Shown here: in pieces, positions 56,655-64,000 of the stretch | Numbering within the stretch: the stretch's first letter is position 1 | How the letters are laid out: the number at the start of each line of letters is the position of its first letter | Assembly (NCBI GenBank): GCA_963931305.1 | Contig: OZ006994.1 | Span: 134,882 to 198,881 of the forward strand | Source of the DNA: an uncultured Bacilli bacterium | GTDB lineage: Bacteria; Bacillota_I; Bacilli_A; RF39; UBA660 | Direction of reading: 5' to 3' | Length of the DNA stretch: 64,000 nucleotides | The notes under the pieces: generated by a model | Told to the model about the DNA's origin: nothing | Seen by the model: only the letters and a program-made list of their open reading frames with translations | Database searches by the model: none | Position numbers and translations under genes: made by a program

Positions 56655-56759
56655 ATTGGTAACAATAGCAATGAGGGTACACCTGTTCCCATCCCGAACA
56701 CAGAAGTTAAGCTCATTCACGCCGACGATAGTTTATCGCGAAAATAGGTAGTTGCCAAT
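56655..56759 (+). rRNA. rrf: 5S ribosomal RNA (copy 2)
   Basis: Identical to copy 1; followed by a T9 run. Confidence 0.8.
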
Positions 56760-56877
56760 TTTTTTTTTGCTTTAAAATTATATTCAGATTTTATAATTTA
56801 TGTTAAAAAGATTGTAAATAAATGAAATAATATTGTTTTTGAAATTTATTTCTAATATAATAAGATTGGTGATGAAA

Positions 56878-57327
56878 ATGGAATATAAGGTTACAACTAG
56901 AAATGAAATGGATACGATTGAAATAGCTCAAAATTTCGAATCTGAAAAGTTTCCTAATATGATTATTTGTTTAGATGGAGAATTAGGTAGTGGGAAAACT
57001 GTATTTACGAAAGGTATTGCTAATGCACTTGGTGTAAAAGAAAGTGTTACTTCTCCAACTTTTACGATTATCAAAGAATATGATGGAGAATTACCTTTAT
57101 ATCATATGGATGTATATCGTTTAAATGGTAATGTGGAAGGTACGGGAATTGAAGAGTATTTTACTAAAGGTGGTGTTGTTGTGATTGAATGGGCAGACAC
57201 CATTAAAGATATTCTTCCAGAAGAGCGTTTAGATATTAAATTTAAAGTAGTTGGCGAAAATACGCGTATATTAATTTTGACTCCACATGGACAAAAATAT
57301 GAAGAATTATGTGAGGCAGTATTATGA
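56878..57327 (+). CDS. tsaE: tRNA t6A37 biosynthesis ATPase TsaE (YjeE)
   Basis: ~149 aa with the P-loop GELGSGKT. The start is the ATG at 56878 after GGTGATGA. First gene of a tsaE-tsaB-rimI-tsaD operon. Confidence 0.8.
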   Translation: MEYKVTTRNEMDTIEIAQNFESEKFPNMIICLDGELGSGKTVFTKGIANALGVKESVTSPTFTIIKEYDGELPLYHMDVYRLNGNVEGTGIEEYFTKGGVVVIEWADTIKDILPEERLDIKFKVVGENTRILILTPHGQKYEELCEAVL

Positions 57328-57950
57328 TAAAATTGTTTATTGATACAGCTGCTAGTCAAATTATATTAGGTTTGTCTCAAAATGATACGATTTTAAAAGA
57401 AATTAATGAAGAAAATGATCATCAACTTTCTGTTCGTATTTTTCCCTTATTAGATCAATTATTTCAGGATGCAAATATTTCTCCTAAAGATGTAGATGAA
57501 ATTGTTGTTGTAACTGGTCCGGGTTCTTTTACTGGAGTTCGTATTGGCGTTACAATCGCAAAGACTTATGCATGGGCATTTCGTAAAAAGATTATATCAG
57601 TTTCAGAATTGCAATGTATGGCTTCTACTAAAGTGAATACTGATTATTGTGTATCTATGATTGATGCTAGAAGGAATGCTGTATATGCTGGTATTTATGA
57701 TAAGAATTTAAATGCAATTATGCCAGATCAATATATTCAGTTAGATGAATTAAAAAGAAAAGTTGAAGAACTTGATGGAACCTATACATTTATTTGTGAT
57801 CAAATATTTACTTCTATGGAAATTAAAAAGCCTAACATGGATTTAAAAATGATATTGAAGAAACATGAAAAGGATATCAGTATAAATCCCCATAAAGTAA
57901 ATCCTAATTATTTAAAAAAGACAGAAGCAGAAGAAAATTTACAGAAATAA
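57324..57950 (+). CDS. tsaB: tRNA t6A37 biosynthesis protein TsaB (YeaZ)
   Basis: Kae1/YgjD-like fold lacking the metal-binding His pair. Overlaps tsaE by 4 nt. Confidence 0.75.
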   Translation: MIKLFIDTAASQIILGLSQNDTILKEINEENDHQLSVRIFPLLDQLFQDANISPKDVDEIVVVTGPGSFTGVRIGVTIAKTYAWAFRKKIISVSELQCMASTKVNTDYCVSMIDARRNAVYAGIYDKNLNAIMPDQYIQLDELKRKVEELDGTYTFICDQIFTSMEIKKPNMDLKMILKKHEKDISINPHKVNPNYLKKTEAEENLQK

Positions 57951-57951
57951 T

Positions 57952-58371
57952 ATGAATATAGTGAAAGTAGAAAGAGCAAATTTTCGACAGTTTCAAAATA
58001 TATTGAAGATGTCAGAGAATCCTATGGAGGATTTGGACCAATATTTGGATGCTCCTTTTCGACGTTGTTATATATTAAAAGATCATAATATTATTTGTGG
58101 TTATATTGATTTTTCTATATTATATGAAAGAGCTGAATTAAATCAAATTTATATCATAAAGTCATATCGTAAAAAGCATTGTGCTTGTCTGTTAATGGAT
58201 TTCATGTTACAACAATGTGTAATGAATCACTGTTGTAATATTACTTTAGAAGTGAGAGAAAGTAATATACCTGCACAAAAACTGTATCAAAAATATCAAT
58301 TTCAAGTAGTTGCTAAACGCTATCGTTATTATAAAAATGAAGATGCAATATTAATGGAAAGGAAGTTGTAG
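57952..58371 (+). CDS. rimI: GNAT acetyltransferase, RimI-like (ribosomal-protein-alanine N-acetyltransferase)
   Basis: 139 aa GNAT. Canonical position between tsaB and tsaD. Confidence 0.65.
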   Translation: MNIVKVERANFRQFQNILKMSENPMEDLDQYLDAPFRRCYILKDHNIICGYIDFSILYERAELNQIYIIKSYRKKHCACLLMDFMLQQCVMNHCCNITLEVRESNIPAQKLYQKYQFQVVAKRYRYYKNEDAILMERKL

Positions 58372-58372
58372 T

Positions 58373-59383
58373 ATGAAGTCAACTTATATTTTAGCAATTG
58401 AATCTAGTTGTGATGAAACAAGTGTTTCTATTATCAAAGATGGTTATGAAGAAATTGCGACAGTTGTTTTAACACAGATAGATATTCACAAACTATTTGG
58501 TGGAGTAGTACCAGAGGTTGCAAGTAGACATCATATTGAAAATATTACAATTGTAATTGAGGAATGCTTACATAAAGCAAATATGGAGATGGAAGAAATA
58601 GATGCGATTGCTGTAACGTATGGACCAGGATTAATTGGTTCCTTATTAATCGGTGTACAAGCAGCAAAAACACTTGCATATATATACCAGAAACCTTTAA
58701 TTCCTGTACATCATATTGCAGGTCATATTTATGCAAATAATTTGGTAGAAAAGATGGAATTTCCATTAATTGCACTTGTAGTGAGTGGAGGACATACAGA
58801 ATTAATGTATATGAAAGAAGATTATTCTTTTGAAAAAATAGGTGGAACTTTAGATGATGCAGTTGGCGAAGCATACGATAAAGTAGCACGTGTGATTGGA
58901 CTACCATATCCTGGTGGACCTGCTGTTGACAAATTAGCACATGAAGGAAAAGATACTTATGATTTACCATTGCCATTAGATGATGATAGTTATAACTTTA
59001 GTTTTAGTGGATTAAAAAGCGCGGTTATTAATTTATCTCATAATGAACAACAACGTGGACATGAAATACGAAAAGCAGATTTAGCTTGTTCTTTTCAAAA
59101 TCGTGTTGTAGAAATATTAACGAAAAAAGCAATGAAAGCATTGAAAGAATTTGGCGTCAATCGTTTAATTGTAGCTGGAGGTGTAGCGGCTAATCAAGGG
59201 CTTCGTGAAAAATTACAAATATTATGTGAACAAGAAAATATACATTTAATTATTCCTCCAATGAAATACTGCACGGATAATGCTGCTATGATAGGTGCAG
59301 CTGGTTATTTCGCATATAAGTTAGGAATTCGTGGGGATCTTACTTTAAATGCGAAAGCTACAGGCGAGTTGAAGAATAAATAG
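58373..59383 (+). CDS. tsaD: tRNA N6-adenosine threonylcarbamoyltransferase TsaD (Kae1/OSGEP/Gcp)
   Basis: The His pair (HHIAGH) and ASKH/GGVAAN motifs are present. Confidence 0.9.
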   Translation: MKSTYILAIESSCDETSVSIIKDGYEEIATVVLTQIDIHKLFGGVVPEVASRHHIENITIVIEECLHKANMEMEEIDAIAVTYGPGLIGSLLIGVQAAKTLAYIYQKPLIPVHHIAGHIYANNLVEKMEFPLIALVVSGGHTELMYMKEDYSFEKIGGTLDDAVGEAYDKVARVIGLPYPGGPAVDKLAHEGKDTYDLPLPLDDDSYNFSFSGLKSAVINLSHNEQQRGHEIRKADLACSFQNRVVEILTKKAMKALKEFGVNRLIVAGGVAANQGLREKLQILCEQENIHLIIPPMKYCTDNAAMIGAAGYFAYKLGIRGDLTLNAKATGELKNK

Positions 59384-59417
59384 CGAGCATCTATTTTTTC
59401 AGTAAAATAGTTGATAT

Positions 59418-59452
59418 TATAAAAACACATTTCAAGATTGAAATGTGTTTTA
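59418..59452. terminator. Bidirectional terminator between tsaD and a convergent gene
   Basis: aaacacatttcaa-gat-tgaaatgtgtttt. Confidence 0.5.
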
Positions 59453-59911
59453 TTTCGTTTTAAGCTTTATTGTTTCAAAATAATGTAACAATAGATCTTT
59501 TGGTGAATGATCTATTGTTTGTTGTATTTCTTCTCCTTGCAAAAATCCATTTTCTAATGTAAGGTGATGTAAAATACGAACACGATATGGTTGTAGATGT
59601 TCTGCAAAGGCCAATGTTTGTTCTTGTTGTTCTAGGGAAATTTCTTCTGGTAGAATAAATAATCCTGTATATCCGTGTCTTTCAATATCTTTTGTAGTAT
59701 TTAAAAATATGACATCTCCTAATAAGGTGTAAAAATAACTAATGGTTTCGGGTGTATGACGATAATTTAATTTATTAAATATAGGTATATTTTTATATTG
59801 TTTTTGAGCATATTCTAATAGCTCTTCTGAATGAGTATTATTAGATGTAATATCGCCTAAATAATCAATAGCTTGATTTTGATGAATGATAACTAGTTTA
59901 TGTTGATCCAT
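59450..59911 (-). CDS. Hypothetical protein
   Basis: 153 aa, no motif. Confidence 0.3.
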   Translation of the reverse strand: MDQHKLVIIHQNQAIDYLGDITSNNTHSEELLEYAQKQYKNIPIFNKLNYRHTPETISYFYTLLGDVIFLNTTKDIERHGYTGLFILPEEISLEQQEQTLAFAEHLQPYRVRILHHLTLENGFLQGEEIQQTIDHSPKDLLLHYFETIKLKTK

Positions 59912-59974
59912 AATTTCACTTCCTATTTATATTATACCAGAGTAGAAAAAAAATGGAATGCATGATTCCATTTT

Positions 59975-60661
59975 TTAAAAAATAGCAGGTAGAATAAACA
60001 TTGTAATAATTAAAATGATAAGATATACAATTCCGTATGTGTATCCTACTTTGTTTTTATCTATATCTGTTGCGTATTGAAATCCTTGAATCATATATAC
60101 ATTAGATATTGTAATTCCACATAATAAGAATAAAATCATCAGTTGTACTGAAACATACATTAGTACAATTGTTCCTAATACGGTTGCTGTTAAGATAGTT
60201 GAAGTGATTCCAAGATAAGTAATCATTTTTTTATAACTAGAATTACCATGGAATAATTTATCGCTAACAAGATAGAATAATCCAGCAACAATTGCATAAG
60301 TAACAAGTACAATAATAAGTGTTGTAAAGAAAATTCTAGCATAAGGAATTTCAATAGATGAAGATAATAAACTACTAAGTCCACTTGCACTTGTAAATAA
60401 ACCAATTAACTCTTTAGAACCTAAGCAACAGAAAAGAGCAATTATCACTGCATTTATAGCAATTAGAATTCCTGCAATTGTAATATTTTCTGTTTCAATT
60501 ATTTCTTTGATTGTGTCTATTGGTTTTGTAAACATTCCTTTTACAGCTGTTAATAATTCATTAAAATCAAAAGTTGTTGCAACCTCTGTTGCTTTATTTT
60601 CACATTTTGGACATTTTCCATCCACTAACTTTGATCCACATTTTGTACAAAATTTTGCCAT
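59975..60661 (-). CDS. Zinc-ribbon + Yip1-like (DUF1282) multi-TM membrane protein
   Basis: N-terminal CTKCGS…CPKCE zinc ribbon, then 5 TM helices of Yip1-family type. Confidence 0.45.
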   Translation of the reverse strand: MAKFCTKCGSKLVDGKCPKCENKATEVATTFDFNELLTAVKGMFTKPIDTIKEIIETENITIAGILIAINAVIIALFCCLGSKELIGLFTSASGLSSLLSSSIEIPYARIFFTTLIIVLVTYAIVAGLFYLVSDKLFHGNSSYKKMITYLGITSTILTATVLGTIVLMYVSVQLMILFLLCGITISNVYMIQGFQYATDIDKNKVGYTYGIVYLIILIITMFILPAIF

Positions 60662-60673
60662 TTCAATTCCTCC

Positions 60674-61948
60674 TTAAAAATATCTTGAAAAATAAGTTGG
60701 TAGACTGCTTACATCTACGAGATGATAAGTGTCATCTACATAACTGTATGAAACATAAATACCATCAGATGAAGATTTTGATTTTTCCTTTGTTTCTCCA
60801 TTGTCGTCATATGATACTGTATAATCATAGGTTCCATAAAGATACATTGTTAAATATCCATCATCATCTAATTCTAAATCTCTTAATTCCATATCTTTGA
60901 AATCAATTTTTTTAAGTGTCGTAGTACTATATGAAGTCATATCTTCTTTTAAATCTTCAAAAGCTTCTTTTAAATCATCTAAATCTACATTTTTTCCTTC
61001 AAAGTTTGATTTCATATCATCGAAGTTTTTATTATCAATAACTCCTTGATAAATTGTTTTTAAATCCTTTTTTGCTTGATTTATCATTTTTGTTTTTTCT
61101 TTTGCTGGAATATTATCTTCATCAAAATGAATTGTTTGTGAGTGAGAATATGTATTTACATTTAATTCATCTTCTAATGAGAATCCAAATGGTAATTCAA
61201 TTTTCATTTGGTATGAAAGAGAAAATAATGCTGGTAATTTATATACATCCATTGAAGAAGTGCTTTCTTCTTTGTCAATATATTTTTTATCTACTTTTAC
61301 TCCTTCTAACGTTACTGTTGAATCTTTTAATACAGAAAGTTCAAAGTCATCTACTATTTCTAAAGTATTATCAGCGATTTTCCAATTATCAAAGAATAAA
61401 AATTTATTTTCTTTTTCTTTGGTTAATGTAATATGTTCTGTTTGATCTGTTGTTTTTCCTTCTTCGGTATAAGTGATAGTAATATACATAGAAAGTCCGC
61501 TACTACTTTTTTCTGCTTTGGTAACTTTATAGTTTGTAATTTTTTCTTCTTTGTTGTCTTTTTTCATCCTATTTATAATACTTGTAAATACTTTTTTGTC
61601 TGTAAATTCACTTTTTTTCACATCCAAATAAGAATATAATTTATCAGCATCATAATTCATTGCTGCTTCAAAATAATCAGATGCGATTTTTTTAGGATCT
61701 GTCAAATTTTTTCCGATTACAAATCCGATAATAAGCAATATAACAACGATAATACCAATTGTTAAACCAATTTTTGTTTTTTTACTCATCGGTTTTCTTT
61801 CCTTAGGTGTTACTTTTTTTGGAGCTTTCTTTTCTTCAGCTTTCACATCTGTATTGAGTGGTTTTCCACATTCTGCACAAAACTTTGCGCCAGGGTCATT
61901 TTTAAATCCACATTCACCGCAAAACACTTCTATCATCCTCCTTTGCAC
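60674..61948 (-). CDS. Zinc-ribbon – TM – large extracytoplasmic domain protein (TcaA-like architecture)
   Basis: N-terminal CGECGF…CAECGK zinc ribbon, a K-rich linker, one TM and a ~330-aa extracellular domain. The start is ambiguous: GTG at 61948, ATG at 61936, or GTG at 61927 with AGGAGG 8 nt upstream. Confidence 0.4.
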   Translation of the reverse strand: MQRRMIEVFCGECGFKNDPGAKFCAECGKPLNTDVKAEEKKAPKKVTPKERKPMSKKTKIGLTIGIIVVILLIIGFVIGKNLTDPKKIASDYFEAAMNYDADKLYSYLDVKKSEFTDKKVFTSIINRMKKDNKEEKITNYKVTKAEKSSSGLSMYITITYTEEGKTTDQTEHITLTKEKENKFLFFDNWKIADNTLEIVDDFELSVLKDSTVTLEGVKVDKKYIDKEESTSSMDVYKLPALFSLSYQMKIELPFGFSLEDELNVNTYSHSQTIHFDEDNIPAKEKTKMINQAKKDLKTIYQGVIDNKNFDDMKSNFEGKNVDLDDLKEAFEDLKEDMTSYSTTTLKKIDFKDMELRDLELDDDGYLTMYLYGTYDYTVSYDDNGETKEKSKSSSDGIYVSYSYVDDTYHLVDVSSLPTYFSRYF

Positions 61949-62049
61949 TCCTAATTATAATGTAACCTATTTTATGTTTCCTGTCAATTTTATGTTTATG
62001 AAATAAATAAAAAAAATATACAAGATTTTAATTTTTTTCTTGTATATTT

Positions 62050-62841
62050 TTATTTATTTTTTATACAGCGTTTTTCTAGAAAATTTACTACATAATACAT
62101 AATGGTTGCGACAATTCCTAAGATAATAACACCAGACATAACTAAATCTAAATTAAATACTTGAGAACCATACATGATTAAATATCCAATTCCTTCTTTT
62201 GATACTAAAAATTCTCCCATGATAACTCCGATTAATGACATACTAATATTAATTTTTAAGGCATTGATAATTGTTTGAATACTATTTGGCATAATTAATT
62301 TGTAATAAATTTGCCATTTTGTTGCTTTCCAAGATTGTAGTAGTTTAATTTTGTGGAAATCTGTTTCAATAAAACTTTGATATATATTGATAATTGTAAT
62401 AATTACTGATATGAATAGAGCCATTAGTATGATAGATCCTTTTCCAGCTCCTGCCCATATAATGATAATAGGGCCAAGTGCTACTTTTGGAAGGCTGTTT
62501 AAAATAGTAAGATATGGATCTAATACCTTGGCAAGAAATGGCCACCACCATAGTAATGTAGCAATGAAAAAGCCAAGGAATGTACCTAGTAAAAAACTGA
62601 TGATTGTTTCATATGTAGTAACCCATACGTGATACCATAAATCACCACTTTTCATGAGTCCATAAATCGTTTCTGAGATGTTTTTTGGACTTGATGAGAT
62701 AAATGTATTAATAAGATTAAAATTCGCTGCTAATTGCCATATAATGAGAAATAAAAGGAGAATGAGTAATTGTGTTAGTTTTACTTGTCTGTTTTTCTTT
62801 TTTAACTTCTTTAAAAACGTAAGATGTTCTTGACTATACAT
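62050..62841 (-). CDS. ABC transporter permease, NitT/TauT family (SsuC/TauC-like)
   Basis: 6 TM helices. The EAA-like loop (…ALKINISMSLIGVIMGEFLVSKEGIGYLI…) lies after TM4. The ATG at 62841 overlaps the upstream ATPase stop. Confidence 0.7.
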   Translation of the reverse strand: MYSQEHLTFLKKLKKKNRQVKLTQLLILLLFLIIWQLAANFNLINTFISSSPKNISETIYGLMKSGDLWYHVWVTTYETIISFLLGTFLGFFIATLLWWWPFLAKVLDPYLTILNSLPKVALGPIIIIWAGAGKGSIILMALFISVIITIINIYQSFIETDFHKIKLLQSWKATKWQIYYKLIMPNSIQTIINALKINISMSLIGVIMGEFLVSKEGIGYLIMYGSQVFNLDLVMSGVIILGIVATIMYYVVNFLEKRCIKNK

Positions 62842-63595
62842 GAAAATCAATCTCCTTCCATATTTGATCATAGTATTTAGAAAACTCTTTACATTTTCGG
62901 TTTTCAATTGGAGTACTACGATGTTCAAAATAAATGGAATGAATATTTTTTATACGGCATGGTCTTTCTGTTAACACAATAATTCGATCCGCCATACTAA
63001 TTGCTTCTGCTAAATCATGTGTTACCATAATTGCGCTTTTCTTTTCTTTTTTTATAATACGATATACATCATCAGAAACAGCTAATCTTGATTGATAATC
63101 TAAAGCCGAAAATGGTTCATCCAATAGTAAGATATCTGGTTTTGTTGCTAGTGTTCTAATAAGAGCAACTCTTTGTCTCATACCACCAGACAAATTAGAC
63201 GGATAACTGTGGATAAATTCTTCTAATCCATAAGTCTTAAGTAGTTTTAATACATGTTTTTGATTTTCTTTTGTATTTTGTTTCGTAATTTCTAATCCTA
63301 GTAAACAGTTATCTAAAATCGTTCTCCAAGGAAATAAACAATCTTGTTGCAACATATATCCAAAAGATGTATTTTTATCTGTTTCAATTGTTCCATCTGA
63401 TTTTTCTAATAAATTACAAAGAATAGATAAAATAGTTGATTTTCCACATCCACTTGGTCCTACAATCGCAATGAATTCTCCTGGATTGATAGAAAAAGAA
63501 ACTTCATCAATGGCAGGTGTTTCTCCTTGTTTTGTATGATATGTTTTTTTTAAATTATTAACACACAAAATTGGTTTCATATTATTTTTGTGCAA
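62834..63595 (-). CDS. ABC transporter ATP-binding protein, SsuB/TauB-like
   Basis: Walker A GPSGCGKST, signature LSGGMRQRVAL, Walker B LLLDEPFSALD. Confidence 0.85.
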   Translation of the reverse strand: MHKNNMKPILCVNNLKKTYHTKQGETPAIDEVSFSINPGEFIAIVGPSGCGKSTILSILCNLLEKSDGTIETDKNTSFGYMLQQDCLFPWRTILDNCLLGLEITKQNTKENQKHVLKLLKTYGLEEFIHSYPSNLSGGMRQRVALIRTLATKPDILLLDEPFSALDYQSRLAVSDDVYRIIKKEKKSAIMVTHDLAEAISMADRIIVLTERPCRIKNIHSIYFEHRSTPIENRKCKEFSKYYDQIWKEIDFHV

Positions 63596-64000
63596 ATTCA
63601 GTGGTTACTAGTTTCTCATAAGGAGCACTTTTTTCTAATTCACCTGCATTTTTCACAATTTCTTGTATATGTTCAAAATTTTCTTTTTCAATATAAGTTG
63701 TATCAAACCATGAATCAATACTACGATAACGTTTTACAATTTTTGTAATATCTTCTAAAGAAGTATCTGGAAATTCATCTAGGATTACTTTTGCTACTTC
63801 TTCATCAGTATGATTTTGGACATAATCAATCCCTTTTTGAATTGCGTTTGAAAATCCTTGAATGACATCTTTATTATTTTCTATATAACTTTTTCTAGCA
63901 TGATAAGCAGTATATGGTACCACACCACCTAATTCTCCTAGGGAAGCTACAACATACCCATATCCTTGTTTTTCTAATTGTAAGGCATTTGGTTCAAATA
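63582..64000 (-). CDS. Substrate-binding protein of the NitT/TauT ABC system (SsuA/ThiY/NMT1-like), 5' end beyond the window
   Basis: The frame stays open to the window edge. The C-terminal region is typical of NMT1/SsuA-type periplasmic binding proteins. Overlaps the ATPase start. Confidence 0.5.
   Translation of the reverse strand, partial: FEPNALQLEKQGYGYVVASLGELGGVVPYTAYHARKSYIENNKDVIQGFSNAIQKGIDYVQNHTDEEVAKVILDEFPDTSLEDITKIVKRYRSIDSWFDTTYIEKENFEHIQEIVKNAGELEKSAPYEKLVTTEFAQK

Overview
The sequence is low-GC and reads as a spore-forming Firmicutes chromosome: CwlD, CwlJ and CotY/CotZ-like genes are present, and the coding bias is rich in K, N, I and Y. The order is Erysipelotrichales or Clostridia-like.

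Laid out from left to right, the window contains:
- A cell-wall glycopolymer glycosylation cluster (ABC-2 permease, GtrB-like GT2, Alg14-like, Alg13-like::GtrA fusion).
- A compact type VIIb secretion locus: essC, esaB/yukD, one EsxA-like substrate with a C-terminal extension, three small helical helper ORFs and a CHAP-domain protein with no signal peptide.
- cwlD, an Abi_2 abortive-infection gene, and htrA.
- An Amidase_3-LysM gene split cleanly in frame by a ~5.1 kb element. The element encodes a large serine recombinase, a small HTH protein and an AlbA_2/HATPase_c_4 protein, and resembles the skin-type intervening elements of sporulation genes.
- cwlJ; housekeeping/envelope genes (patatin-like lipase, cardiolipin synthase, TrmL, cdaA-cdaR, Ctp S41 protease, DUF402); a heavy-metal P-type-ATPase-like ORF with its catalytic motifs degenerated; a CotY/CotZ-like spore coat gene; and a thioredoxin-lipoprotein / ClpA-D1-only AAA+ module.
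- Two near-identical 16S-23S-5S rRNA operons in direct orientation (~5.03 kb repeats), separated by three small genes and an IS30-family insertion sequence.
- The tsaE-tsaB-rimI-tsaD operon.
- Two zinc-ribbon membrane proteins and an SsuABC/TauABC-like ABC importer that runs off the window end.

No CRISPR array and no tRNA gene were seen. The strongest candidate for novelty is the recombinase-bearing intervening element in the amidase gene together with its cargo. The minimal T7SS/CHAP effector module comes second.
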